Notes: generated from the sequence alone by a model not told the origin. A stretch of 63,408 nt of DNA, filler included, from Stramenopiles sp. TOSAG23-2 (GCA_900128395.1; 10 parts of 10 records of this genome joined end to end with filler, not necessarily neighbours in it); one strand, 5' to 3'. Shown: positions 43,203-55,729, numbered from the whole stretch's first letter. Numbers and translations are program-made.

Positions 43203-44632
43203 ATGCCATCCTGCAGAATATGTGGGTCAGACCCAGATTCATTATTAGCATATAGCACACCTGTAATTGTGAAAAGTAAGTCTTTTTTCTTCATTTATGT
43301 ATAATATTAACATATCCATCTATATATAATACACCTAATTTACTAACAACAACATACATACATGCATACATACGTTGCACTGCAAAAAACGAAGTACGCG
43401 ATTGGAGATTAGGTTGTATGAAATATTTTTTAATGTTATTAATAATGACATATATATTCGTATATCAATTATTATATCAAACAACATATCTTGAAAAAGA
43501 AGATCCAACTGGTGTAATACGCTTTAGCATTCAACAACCGACGGAAGATGTGAAAACGAAGAAACCAGGTTGTGATCCCTTGGACACTGGTTGCATTAGT
43601 AAATTTCGTAGTTTTAAAGATCTCGATTATTGCTTGCAATCTGGATTACCACGTAGTTTTAAACAATATCCATGCCGATTTTGGGGAAGTGCCGAGGATG
43701 CTACTGTCTTTCAATCATCTGCATTATTTGCAACACGTGTGAAAGAATACAAGCAAATTAATACGTGCGATCCAGCGAAAAATGTATGTAATAATTTATG
43801 GAACAATACTGTACCAGATGAAACATATTTTATTGCAGATGTTGAATCTTACACTATATTGTTTGATCATACAGCATTTGCTGTAAATTTAAATGTTACC
43901 GGTGGGTCGAGATATGCAAAAGGATATATCCGTACTAAAAATAAGAAATTATGCGATGTAACACCAAATTCAAGAGATGATCCAACTGATCCAAAAAATT
44001 ATTGTTTAATTGAACCAAATCAAACAAGTACGTCGCTAGATATTATTGAATTAGGTGTATTATTAGGTGCTGGTGGTACATCATTGGAAGATGCTAGTGA
44101 AGTAAATAATGGCCATACGGTACGGTACAATGGTGCTGTTATATTTGTAAAAATAGTGTACAAAAATTTTCAACCGATGACGTTTAACCAAAATTTAAGC
44201 CACGTTACATATCAATATGAAATCAGTGCATTGACTGGGACGACGGCGAAAAATATTAAAACAATATATGACAAGTATCCAAATACAAGAATCGTACAAA
44301 ACCGGCATGGAATCCGCGTAGTAGTTGTGCAAACAGGACAATTAGCACGGGGTAATATTCAAGCGTTTTTATTGACATTAACTGCATCGTTGACATTACT
44401 AGCGATATCGAATACTGTTGTTGATAGTTTAGCTATTTACGTCTTGCCACAAAAAGACTTGTATAAAAAATTCAAGTATAAAATTACACCGGATTTTAGT
44501 GATTATATGGATATTAAAAATCGACGTAAAGGTATGAATTTTGATGAAGATGATGATGGTATCTTGTACGATACCTTGCATCAATATAAATCATCGCAAG
44601 ATGTAGTAAAGAGTCACGGTGTGGTGAGGTAA
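43203..44632 (+). CDS. P2X: P2X receptor family ion channel, two exons (43203-43275, 43395-44632)
   Basis: Spliced N-terminus AYSTPVIVKIRDWRLG, TM1, Cys-rich ectodomain, RHGIR, TM2 with conserved D, and a YKKFKY (YxxxK) motif. Confidence 0.88.
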
Positions 44633-44892
44633 TTTTGCCTCGTTGTATCGAATATGGTTGTTGATGAGGTAAATACCAGTTTGTATTTATAAAAATATAT
44701 ATACGCATGTGTACGAACGTTACGTAATTAATATTATTTTGATAAATTATATTTTCTTAATATATCATATTATAATAAAATATCATACGATATTATATTA
44801 CGATCGTATATATTTTTTTATTTTATTTCTTTCACTTTTAACACACTCACACTCTTTCTCACATTTACTCCCACCATCAGCTCCTATTATTT

Positions 44893-45891
44893 TTATGAGC
44901 TTTTTGTAAAATACTCTTTGAATACTTCATCAATTACTTTGTTGTAATCAGCGTTACTTCTGTAACCATTTGCAGTTTTCCCAGCAACAAACATACTGAA
45001 TGCAACTCCATGTGGCTGGGAAAAATATAATAATTCAACTGCATCATATTTTTTTATTATAGTGTAAAACCTTTCCACTGAGTTGATCCTGTTTCTAAGC
45101 TTTATTCGGGTTTTGCTTGTATGGGCATCGCCTGTATAACGGAGAAAATCGTCAAGAAATGCATCACTATATGCTTTATATGCAGAAATATGATGTTTTT
45201 CACGTAATTTATGAAGAAACTCTCCCTCCATATATGCCAATATAAATTGTATTGATTTTTTATTACTGAATAAACTAGAATATTGTTGTTTCATTTTTTC
45301 AATATCATTCTGCATTTCACCAAAATAGATGTTGCGAAATTTCTTTTTACCCTTAGTATCAACAAACTTAATTAATCTTTGTTTAAACATTTGTAATTTA
45401 GCTTCGTCTGCTTTTTTCGCTGCTTCATCTACTGCTTCGTGTGCTTTTGCTTTTTTTGATGCTGCTTCTACTGCTTCTTCTGCTTTTGCTTTAGCAGCTT
45501 CTTCTGCTTGTGCTTTAGCAGCTTCTTCTGCTTGCTGTTGTGCAGCTTCTCGTGCTTCTTTTGTACTACCATCTTCATCATCATCTTTATTAACTTGATT
45601 GTTGTCATCATTTTTAATATTAGTCACATCATCCTCTTTCATTTCATCATTATTATTATTAGCAGAAATGTTATCGTTAATTGTATTGCTATTTTCAACC
45701 AATACTTTTTCAGCTTTTTCTTCTTCATCTCCTTCTTGATCTTTTGTCTCTGCGTCGATGCAACGTGCCAGAAGTTTTTGCGCATTCTTTGTGCTGTTGG
45801 TTGCAATTACGTGCAATTTCTTAACTAAATTACTTAGTTCTTCTATTTTTTTGGATTTTAGCTGGCAATCAGGGCAATCAGGGCAAGACAT
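44893..45891 (-). CDS. Uncharacterised protein with CxxCxxC N-terminus and AEEAAKA repeats
   Basis: 332-aa ORF with Ala/Glu/Lys helical repeats and a globular C-terminus. Confidence 0.75.
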   Translation of the reverse strand: MSCPDCPDCQLKSKKIEELSNLVKKLHVIATNSTKNAQKLLARCIDAETKDQEGDEEEKAEKVLVENSNTINDNISANNNNDEMKEDDVTNIKNDDNNQVNKDDDEDGSTKEAREAAQQQAEEAAKAQAEEAAKAKAEEAVEAASKKAKAHEAVDEAAKKADEAKLQMFKQRLIKFVDTKGKKKFRNIYFGEMQNDIEKMKQQYSSLFSNKKSIQFILAYMEGEFLHKLREKHHISAYKAYSDAFLDDFLRYTGDAHTSKTRIKLRNRINSVERFYTIIKKYDAVELLYFSQPHGVAFSMFVAGKTANGYRSNADYNKVIDEVFKEYFTKSS

Positions 45892-47106
45892 ATTATTCTT
45901 AATAAATACAAATATATATGATATGGAAAGAATATCTTTCTTTTATTAGTATCACAATATATTATATATAATATAAATACTGTGTATATAAATATATAAA
46001 TATATAATATTATAATTATAATAATTAATATAAATAATACTATTAATACTGTATTATATATATTACAGTATATTATAGAGAAGAAGAATATAAATACTGC
46101 TGTATATTATTATTAGTAGTAATTTTTTACTTTTTTTTTTATTACTTTAACTTGTAACTGTTGTAATTTTAGGAAGTTCTCATAGGAGCAATATAGTTCT
46201 TTTATTCCTTAGTATACAACACCAGAAGTTGTGCGCGAAATGAAATTATAGCACTAAATAGCATTAGGAAGAGATAGTAAATTTTAATTATTTTACAATC
46301 ATTTTTATGGCCAACCGATACTGTTTTTTTAATAGATCTAGTTTTTTTATACTACTTTTTATCAAACGTATAATAGCTGGATAAAGTAGGTTATATCCAG
46401 ATAGTTCTACCTATTTGTTCCTGAGACTACAGCAATATTAAATATTAATATTGTCGAATAATATTTTAATAGTATTATTACTTTTTATACTATAAATAAT
46501 ATAGTTTTTGTACTATTGTAGACTACAAGGATATAATAATACATAGGCGATATATATATATATATATATATATATGGTTCATGTGGCACGTGGCATGGAT
46601 ATATACGATATTATACTAGCGCTATTAATAAAAATTAGTTTGGCTATTCTCAACCGCACACAGTTTCTTTTTTATATTAATATTAATTAATAATAATATC
46701 TATATTTTATGTTTCTTTTCAATTTTAATAGTTTATTTTTCCTATTCTAATTACCTGTTAATTATTTTTTGTTTTGCAAATTTAGCGAAAGTCGTAAAGT
46801 GCGCTCGAGTGGTAGGATAATATTTTATTTTATAAGTACACCTTGTCGTATTCTTTAATTAATTATTTCATTTTCAAAAAGGAAATAGCAACCAAAAAAA
46901 AGATGCTCAGGAATGCAGCTTTCAAGCCTATTTACCTGGTAATTTTTAATAATAATATATATCCGCGACGCGCGACGCACATATATACCCAAAAAGACCG
47001 CTATAAGAGAATATAATGAGATACTTCCATAAAAAGAAAACAAACAAAAAAGAAAGAAAAGAAGAAAGAAAAGAAGAAAGAAAAAAAGGAAAACAAGAAA
47101 AGTAAA

Positions 47107-47826
47107 ATGTCAAAAAAATATAGTCAAAAACAAAAATTTACTATTGCAGCTAAAGCTGCTGCTACTAAAGCAGTAAAACCACTTGCAGATGATTTAAAAT
47201 TACTTGCTGATGATTTACAAGCTACTGCAAATGGTTTGGACAATGTGACGAAACAAATGGCATCTTTGGACATGCTTCAAGTTGAAGTGAATGGAATCAA
47301 AGCAGATGTACAAGATTTGGAGCATAAATATGATTCCATGGACAATAAAGTTAGCAAACTTGCAGCAAATATAGATGCAGTTGCTAATTTTACTGACGGT
47401 ATTGAAAAAAATACCATCAAATTAAAACAACTTCAAAAGGTTGTTGGTTCTAATTCAGAAAATATGGAATTGCAATTCAAAGACTGTAAAGCATCAATTG
47501 CAAAAGCTAGAAAATCTGCAGAGAAAAAAGCAAAAGCAGAGATTTTGTTATTACAATCAGCAAGGAAGCAATATGAAGTAGAATTTGCCAATTCTACAAA
47601 AAAATCGCGCCAAGAAATCAAACATGATTTTGATAATTTGGAAAACTCTTTGGTAAAAAAATTGTTTGCTAAAGTGGATGATGTTGCTAATGTAGCTGTA
47701 ACAAATCTTCATTTGGATCTAGCAAAAGCAAAAAAAATTGAAGAAGAAGCAGAAGCAAAAGCAAAAGAAGGCGCGACATTCCTTAGGTCATTTAGTGATT
47801 GGATGTGGACAAATTCCAAACAATAA
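47107..47826 (+). CDS. Coiled-coil protein
   Basis: 239-aa heptad-rich ORF. Confidence 0.75.
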   Translation: MSKKYSQKQKFTIAAKAAATKAVKPLADDLKLLADDLQATANGLDNVTKQMASLDMLQVEVNGIKADVQDLEHKYDSMDNKVSKLAANIDAVANFTDGIEKNTIKLKQLQKVVGSNSENMELQFKDCKASIAKARKSAEKKAKAEILLLQSARKQYEVEFANSTKKSRQEIKHDFDNLENSLVKKLFAKVDDVANVAVTNLHLDLAKAKKIEEEAEAKAKEGATFLRSFSDWMWTNSKQ

Positions 47827-48085
47827 AGTGAAAAAGATTAAAGGAATTAAAAATATTATATTAAGTGGGTGGGTTCACTGCTCCTGCCCTTGTTAATGAC
47901 AGCAATCATATATATATTATAGATGCTTGAAATACAAGGTGAGTGGTGGGTTGTAAGTGTAGTGTGTCAAAAAAAATGCAAAGTAATTGGAGCTGATGGG
48001 GGGAGTAAGCATGAGAAAGAGTGAGTTTTAGTGAAAAAATAAAATAAAAAAAGAAAAGTATTACTCTGTAAAAAACATTTTGCAC

Positions 48086-50353
48086 CTATTTCTTCTTAAA
48101 CTGTTTCAGTCCAGCTGCTCTAAACTCGCGTCCACGTGGTGTTATACTATAACCTCGCCCAGCATGTTTTGGATCTACCGGTCGTAAACGTGGTGTTTTA
48201 CGAACTTTTGCAGCAATACCACCAATTCTACTATTACGTTCGCGTATGCTTAAATTACTCAATTCACTAATCAATCGTTCCGATGTTTCTTTAATATCTT
48301 CAATATGTAAATTTACAGCATCATCTTCCCCCATCATTTGACGACGACGATGTTCTTCATATGCTTTTAATGCTGCTGCATCTAAATCGCTTCCTTGTTC
48401 CTGTAGATCCAAAGCAGGAACATTCGTTGTATTTATATTTTGGTTGAAAATGGGATTTAATAGATCCGCGTCACCTTCTAAACGTTTTCGTTCCTCATCT
48501 TCCACCATATCATTGATCGTATTGATAATTTCTTTTGCTTCCATTAATTTTCTTTTTCGATTTGCATCTAAATCTACTTTAAAATGCCATCCGATACCAG
48601 TAAAATTATGGCCTTGATGCAATGTACCTAAATGCATCCCATCCCTATTCCAAATTTTAACTAAACGATCATTTCCTGATGTAATCATGCTTTTTGGATT
48701 TCGTATTAATTTTAAATCCAATACACCACCATCACCAGGATGAGCAGCCCAAGAATGAATCAAACCCATTTCTACTATTGTATTCGATAATAATGGTTTT
48801 GGACCATCGTTTTTTCGATTTTTGGTTTTACTATTACTACTACTACTACTGTTACTACTACTACTATTATTATTATTACTACCTTTAGCCTTTGCATCCC
48901 AACGTAAGCTTCTTTTTGGATTTTCACATTTTTTACTTTTACGTATTACAAATAAATCATGATTTTCCTGTAATTCTTTCACTATTGGTAATAAATCATA
49001 AATTTTTACACGTCCATGATCATCACCTGTATATAATTTGGCACCAATGACATAACGTCCATCGCTACCATCTGGTGCAATACCATCTTCATTATCCTCA
49101 TCATCATCACTATCCATAACATTTTCTGTTAAATGCGTCAAACCATCATGAAATTCATCATACGTAATCTGACCACTGCTATCGTCATCGATATCATGAA
49201 ATAATTGTTCCAATAAATCTTGTTTACCGATTCCTACGCCAAAATTTAACATAGCACTTTTAAACTCTTGCATATCAATTTTACCATCACCATCTCCACC
49301 AATTTGTCGAAATAATTCACGTAAATGTTTCGACTTCGACATGACCTTTTTTCGTACTAAAACTTTCATTTCATGATAACGCTTCTCTGCTGAATTAAGT
49401 TGTACCAATGGTTCAGACCATTCCACTTCAACTTTAAAGACACCAACTGAAACTGCATTGTGTTGCGATAAATGTTCCAAATTTTTATTACGTGCTAAAC
49501 AAACACCTTTGAATTTCGCATTTGGCCCTGTACCCCATAAACATATCAATCCTTTCGTATCCGAAGAGACTATAATTGGATAATTCCCTAAAAATTCGAT
49601 ATGGCGTATACCTCCCGCATGGCCATTACAAATACCTAATGGTCGAACAAATTCATAATCCCAATAACGTATTACACCATCGCTATCTCCACTTACAATC
49701 ATGGACATATGGCTATTATAATCCAATGCACTTATATCCGTATCATGGGCATTATCAATACGTCTCAATAAAATTCCACCTTCCGCATCATTTTCATCAT
49801 GTATGGAAATTGCCCTATCCCATGACGTGGAAATAAAACATTTATATTTATTTACATATTGTATATTGCTTATTTCACCATCATGTGCGCGATCATTGAA
49901 TTCTCGATAATTACATTTTTTCATATAAACACCACTTAAATAATCATATACTTTAATATTTCCATCATAATCACCTAATATAAATTTTCGATCACGATCA
50001 TCTAAGGCACACGTTGTTACACCTTTTTCACTTAAATCACGAAACGTTTGGGTTAAATTACCTTTTGTATCCCATATTTGAACGGATTCAGGCGTGACGG
50101 TAATAAAAGACATTAATTTATCATTATACGTAGCACTAACAACTGGTAAATCACTACTTAAATCAGGATTTTGTAATTTTTGATAATCAAATTTTCTTAA
50201 TTTTCTTGATCCCGTAATAATTCGTTGTTCCTGTGGAAGGCATACAAATGCATTCATTGCTGTATTACCACCTGTATCATCATGTAAAAACGTTTGCATA
50301 CAAGTAAATGTACGTATATCCCATATTTTTACAACACCACTTGCATTATCTGA
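48086..50353 (-). CDS. WD40-repeat plus EF-hand protein (WDR49/EFCAB8-like), 5'-partial
   Basis: Multiple GH/AH...WD repeats with inserted EF-hands GGDGDGKIDMQE and DDDSSGQITYDE. Confidence 0.85.
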   Translation of the reverse strand, partial: SDNASGVVKIWDIRTFTCMQTFLHDDTGGNTAMNAFVCLPQEQRIITGSRKLRKFDYQKLQNPDLSSDLPVVSATYNDKLMSFITVTPESVQIWDTKGNLTQTFRDLSEKGVTTCALDDRDRKFILGDYDGNIKVYDYLSGVYMKKCNYREFNDRAHDGEISNIQYVNKYKCFISTSWDRAISIHDENDAEGGILLRRIDNAHDTDISALDYNSHMSMIVSGDSDGVIRYWDYEFVRPLGICNGHAGGIRHIEFLGNYPIIVSSDTKGLICLWGTGPNAKFKGVCLARNKNLEHLSQHNAVSVGVFKVEVEWSEPLVQLNSAEKRYHEMKVLVRKKVMSKSKHLRELFRQIGGDGDGKIDMQEFKSAMLNFGVGIGKQDLLEQLFHDIDDDSSGQITYDEFHDGLTHLTENVMDSDDDEDNEDGIAPDGSDGRYVIGAKLYTGDDHGRVKIYDLLPIVKELQENHDLFVIRKSKKCENPKRSLRWDAKAKGSNNNNSSSSNSSSSSNSKTKNRKNDGPKPLLSNTIVEMGLIHSWAAHPGDGGVLDLKLIRNPKSMITSGNDRLVKIWNRDGMHLGTLHQGHNFTGIGWHFKVDLDANRKRKLMEAKEIINTINDMVEDEERKRLEGDADLLNPIFNQNINTTNVPALDLQEQGSDLDAAALKAYEEHRRRQMMGEDDAVNLHIEDIKETSERLISELSNLSIRERNSRIGGIAAKVRKTPRLRPVDPKHAGRGYSITPRGREFRAAGLKQFKKK

Positions 50354-50453
50354 NNNNNNNNNNNNNNNNNNNNNNNNNNNNNNNNNNNNNNNNNNNNTTA
50401 ATTAATTAANNNNNNNNNNNNNNNNNNNNNNNNNNNNNNNNNNNNNNNNNNNN

Positions 50454-50511
50454 CTTATACGTCTTGCTTCTCTCCTTTTAAAATGAAGCAAGGAGCGAAG
50501 CGACGTATAAG
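50454..50511. repeat. Imperfect palindrome at contig start
   Basis: CTTATACGTC(TT)GCTTCTCTCCTT ... AAGGAGCGAAGCGACGTATAAG. Confidence 0.7.
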
Positions 50512-51060
50512 ATAAATGTTAAGTAACAATATAGTCGGTCTATCTATCTAAATAATATAATAAAATACAACAGTCACATCTGTAGATTAAGATACAGTAC
50601 ATGTATTATATTATTTATCAAGGTTTTTCATGTACTACTTTATATTTTAATTTTTAATAATAATAATAAAATATGGATATAAGTTGATTTATTATAATAG
50701 TTTAAGGGAAAGTTGCCAAAATAATAAATATAAATTGATAGTAGATATCTACTTTTAAGTGCATAAATTGTGTAGTGTAGCATCACGCCAAGTCCTCTAA
50801 TAACAACAAACATAATAATATAAATAATAAAAAACTTTCTCTGTCCCATCCATCTAAAAACATCAAAATGTTATCATAGGATATATATATATATCTCGGG
50901 GTTTGTTTTGTTTGTTTTAGTTTTTCCCAAAGACATTTGTAATAAAGAGGAAAACGCAGGCAGAGAACTTATTGGCACTATCAAACTATTAATATTGAAT
51001 CATATATAAATCTACAAAAATAAACACGAGGAAAAAAAATAATTATTTTTTTTTTAAAAA

Positions 51061-51852
51061 ATGCCAGTGGATGTAGAAGTAGTTTTTGATTTTTCTTCAC
51101 CCTTTTCATGGCTAGCTTGCATGCGTATTGAAGATGTTACAGCAAAATATGGTGACAACGTAAATATCATTTGGAAACCATGTCGCGTTATGGATATTTG
51201 GATGATTACACAACCAAATGCTATGAATCATCATAAACCAGAGGAAGAGGCACGTCGATCAAAATTTAGAGACGATTATTATATAAGGGATTTGAATGAA
51301 TGGTATGAAGCGTATGGATTAAAACCAAAGGCAGCAAGTGAAACTCCACATACACCTGTTGAACCAACAATTTCCATGCAAGAAAAAATGAAGCGATATG
51401 GTAATGCGTGTACTGGATTTGTCATGTTTCAACATATTTGCTCTAAAAAATTGAATCTTTCACAATCGGAACAAGCAAAATATGAATCAAAATATGTCCA
51501 TGCCGTCTATAAAGCATATCGAGAAGAGGGATTTACTGATATTCATAATCCAGTATTCGTTGCAACAACAATACAAGATATTTTAAAAGAATTATTAGTT
51601 GATGATAAAAATATACCAAACGATGATGAAGTTTTATCCTTCATAAATAATAAAGAGAATAAAAATATAATTATAAATTGGGGTAAAGATGCAGCAAAGC
51701 GTGGATCATTTGGTGTACCAACTATGTTTGTAGCAACGGGCCATATGTATTTTGGTAATGATCGAATGCCATTATTACAAAGACGTTTGGATATTGAAAC
51801 AGGAATGTTATCAAAAGATGACAAAGGAATGACGATGTGGAGTAAAATGTAA
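51061..51852 (+). CDS. DsbA-like 2-hydroxychromene-2-carboxylate isomerase / GST-kappa family protein
   Basis: FDFSSPFSWL, IIWKP, GSFGVPTM and YFGNDR. Confidence 0.9.
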   Translation: MPVDVEVVFDFSSPFSWLACMRIEDVTAKYGDNVNIIWKPCRVMDIWMITQPNAMNHHKPEEEARRSKFRDDYYIRDLNEWYEAYGLKPKAASETPHTPVEPTISMQEKMKRYGNACTGFVMFQHICSKKLNLSQSEQAKYESKYVHAVYKAYREEGFTDIHNPVFVATTIQDILKELLVDDKNIPNDDEVLSFINNKENKNIIINWGKDAAKRGSFGVPTMFVATGHMYFGNDRMPLLQRRLDIETGMLSKDDKGMTMWSKM

Positions 51853-52073
51853 ACAATATGTGACGAAATTAATGGGAGAGAAGAGGAGGAAAATATTACG
51901 CTTCGTATTATATTGAACAGATTTCATTTTTTACACAAGGAAATTCATGCATATATTAAAAGAGACACACGCCCAATGTGCCATTTTTTTTTTTAATTTA
52001 ACCACACTTTTTTTCTTTCCAAAAGTTTTTTTTTCGGGGAGGGGTGTTACATATTCTGCACACCGTCATATTC

Positions 52074-52340
52074 TTATAAATCTTCTGGGATTGCCGGTGG
52101 CGAATCATTTTCTGCTGCTGCCGCTGCGGCTGCTTGTGCTTGTTTTTCTGCTTCTTCTTGTGCTTTTGCAGTTTCAGCTTGTTTTATAGCTTCTTCTTGT
52201 TGTGCTTTAGTTGCCTCAGCTTGTTTTGTAGCTTCTTCTTGTACTTTTGCTGCTTCGGCTTGTTTCGTAGCTTCTTCTTGTGCTTTTGCGGATTCAGCTT
52301 GTTTGGTAGCTTCTTCTTGTACTTTGGCATCTGCTGCCGC
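52074..52340 (-). repeat. 39-bp coding tandem repeat (K[AV]QEEATKQAExA) in an orphan terminal exon
   Basis: About five repeats in an open frame ending PPAIPEDL*. It is preceded by a CTAG acceptor-like site and has no ATG. Confidence 0.65.
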
Positions 52341-52704
52341 TAGTATACAAAAAGAGCGGTACCAAACATTGTTTGTGACAACTCTTTTTACTACTTTTAA
52401 TAGTAATGTGTAATATTAAGACTATGCTGTTGGTACGGAGTCAGTATAAAACTACTAATAAGTGATATAAATTTTCTGTAAGTATCCCCCGACTGATCTA
52501 CTTTCGGGCTTTCGGGACCCCATTTCATTTATTAGAATACTATATCAAATAGGTAAAATTAAGTTTACGTTTTGGGCCAATATTTTAAGGGTACAAAAAT
52601 ATTGTGCAAAAACACGCATCGTCGAAGGGGAGATCCAAGAATATACACCTTTCCAAATTTACACAACAATTTTTTATAAAAATACTGATTTTCCGCTAGT
52701 TCAT

Positions 52705-53895
52705 CTATTGATATTTTCTTCTAACTTCATTTGAATTCAACCATGTATCAAACTCTTTAATAAAATCATCATCCAATGCAGGTTTTGAGTATTTACTTGT
52801 TGATGTCGTTACATTGTCATTATTATTATCATACAGGATGGGTATTGTTGTTATTTCGTTTTCTTGACGTCCATCAATATTATCATTATATGCAGAGTAA
52901 TCTAATAATACTTTTTTTTCAATTGTTGGAAAAATTAAATCACGTGATTCAATTAATACCGTATATTTAGAATTTTTTGGGCGAACAACCGTATAATTCT
53001 TCCGTACCCTTCGCCACCAAACATTAAAATATACGCGTTGAAACCCTAAATACATTTTATCCCATATTCTTTGTAACATTTTATCAATATTTTTTCTTTT
53101 GTTACATTTACGAAACCATTGTCGAAAATTATGTTTTAAATATAAAGCGGAAGACATTTTGTTTTTCCGACAATTTACGGTATACTTATCCCATATAATC
53201 CATGTGCGTAAATACGTTTGTCGAATGAAAAAATCTATCGCTCGCTGTCTAAGCTCATGATCACGACGATCTTCTCGCTCTCGTTTCTTATGGTGTTTTA
53301 TATTATTTATAACATGATTATCTGATTTATGTTTCAACCAAGGAATTCCATCTTTTAAATGTTCTTGTTGGACTAATTCTTGTTTTAATACTTCATTACT
53401 CATAGCAATTAAATGATGTTCTTCTCTTCGCCTATCAGCACATTCAAGGAAATATTCCATTCTTATTGCAACTTTTTCCTTTCTTATTTTTTCTTTCATT
53501 TCATATGTTTGTTTACGTCCATGACGCCCTCTCCAAACTTTTTGGAATTTTGTTGCTGCGTTATCTTCTCTTTCCCATTCTTTTAAACGCAACTCCATAT
53601 ATGATTCTAAAACCAATATATCTGCGTCTGTATAATTTTCAGGTCTTTTTTCAAAAATTTCACGAAACAACGTGCGTGGAGACAATATTTTATCTCGTAT
53701 CATACGTTCCCCATACATATACTTAAATTCTTTAAACTTTTGTAACAATTTCGTTGCCTTTATTTTATATTTATTGTTTGGGGCATTAATAAAATTGTTA
53801 TCTTCAATAAAGTCATCATCACTACTATCTTCGTCGGATATTACGTTTTCCTCTGATACTTCATATTTTTTTTGTTTACTATTTCTTCCACCCAT
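52705..53895 (-). CDS. IQ-motif protein, possibly N-myristoylated
   Basis: AATKFQKVWRGRHGR IQ motif and MGGRNS N-terminus. Confidence 0.75.
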   Translation of the reverse strand: MGGRNSKQKKYEVSEENVISDEDSSDDDFIEDNNFINAPNNKYKIKATKLLQKFKEFKYMYGERMIRDKILSPRTLFREIFEKRPENYTDADILVLESYMELRLKEWEREDNAATKFQKVWRGRHGRKQTYEMKEKIRKEKVAIRMEYFLECADRRREEHHLIAMSNEVLKQELVQQEHLKDGIPWLKHKSDNHVINNIKHHKKREREDRRDHELRQRAIDFFIRQTYLRTWIIWDKYTVNCRKNKMSSALYLKHNFRQWFRKCNKRKNIDKMLQRIWDKMYLGFQRVYFNVWWRRVRKNYTVVRPKNSKYTVLIESRDLIFPTIEKKVLLDYSAYNDNIDGRQENEITTIPILYDNNNDNVTTSTSKYSKPALDDDFIKEFDTWLNSNEVRRKYQ

Positions 53896-54472
53896 TATTA
53901 TATATATGTTGATGCAATAAACGTGTCATGTGGATGAAGCACTCTGTGTAAATATATATGTAAGTGTACAATTTATGTTGTTTATCATTAGTTGTTGTTA
54001 TTACCTGTGCATCTAATTTTGAGATATTAATACTTAATGTATTTCACACATACATCATTCCTGGCATTATAATAACGTCTATATTATTATTAATAAAAAA
54101 GTCTGAAAGTTTTATTAAGGAGTAAAAAAAAAGCTGGTGTAAATGTTGTAATGTGTAATGTGGTATAATAATACAATAGTACTAGCGCGGCTAGCCTGGC
54201 TAGTTAATTTATAAATTCCATCCCTATTAATATTATGAGTTGTATATTACACAATACACGGTTTGCATATTGCACTATTATTGCATCATATTTTCAAATT
54301 TTAATAAAAAAAAACAAAATAATATTTATTATTTTAATTTCAAACGATTTATATTTTGTTGTAAAAGTATGTTTGGTGTAAAGAGAACAATTAAAAAAAA
54401 AAAACAAGCCAATCAACCAGTTTAATCCACACAACAACATCATTTTATTGTTTTTGATATTGTTAACACAAT

Positions 54473-55698
54473 ATGAATTATCGATCAAGTTTAGTGGATG
54501 CAGTAAAGAACCGTCACGACGGGGAACGTGTACATTTTGATAATTACCAAGATGATTTTTCTTCTTCCACCTCGTTTGTAGTATATAAAACATATTATAA
54601 ACGATTGAAGAAACAGCTCATACCCACGATATCTAATAAATTAAGTGAATTGGAAAAGAAAGGACAGAAATTAAAAAGAATAAATATAGAGAAAATCAAA
54701 TCTAAAGTTACATCACAACGAGCGAGTATTGTTAAACATTTACATGTTTTAGCCAAACAAAAAGAACGGGAGTTTTTTATGAACCAGAAATATTTAAAAG
54801 TATGGAAACAAATAGTTGATATCGTACCAAAATTTGATGAAGAGTTGCCAACTGGTGGCCCAATATTAGGATCTCTTGCGGTTGCAAGAGGCTTGCTACT
54901 TATTAAAGGTTTTATAATATTAGATGCATCACTCATGATTCGAAAAGGTGGCACATGTCGTCATGGTAGAAACTGCTGTAACAATGGACATTTCGTCAAT
55001 GATGAACCTGGTGTTGACCTTGCTGATTTGTATTTAAGAAAACTTCACGAAGAGTCCTCTTTTGACGAAGGGAAGTTAGACATGATGACCTTGAAACTTG
55101 ATCATTTCGGTGCAACATTACAACGAATTGATCAAAGCGCTTTAAATGTCATGATAGATTCGTTAGATGTTTTAAAGCAATTGATTTCTGATAAAGCAAA
55201 AAAAATTGATAATTTTGATTCTTTGAGTTCAATTCAGCCAGTGAAAAAAAATAAACGTATATTATTATTGGATGATGACGATGACGATGATGACGATGAT
55301 GATGAAGATTCACAAAATGTTGAAAATGAACACATACTGTTTGAAAATAATGATGCTGTAACTGAAGACATTCTAACATCATCCGCTAGCACTACTACCA
55401 CCAGCACTACTACTTCACCATCATCAAATTTTGATTTAAACAATGATTATGATCAATTTCAGTTAAATTTTCCTGAAGCTGGTGTTAATCAAGGTCGAAT
55501 TGATGGTAGTATTAGTACAAGTGCATATCAAATGCAAAGGGATGACTTATCTAATCGCGAGGGTACTATAAGTATTGCTGAAATGATGTGTACTAAGAGC
55601 AAATCGTGGGAAGGCAATGCAACCTCATCTATGAAGGGGTATGGATCTATATCAATTTCAACTTCATCTACATCTAGTAAGAATAATAATTCAAAACC

Positions 55699-55729
<31 letters not shown>

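Larger units (their letters stand above)
44813..48052. repeat. ~75-bp imperfect inverted repeats (44813-44893, 47980-48052) flanking two divergent genes
   Basis: TTCACT...ACTCTTTCTCA...TTACTCCC.CCATCAGCTCC.ATTA on the left, with its reverse complement on the right. Confidence 0.75.
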
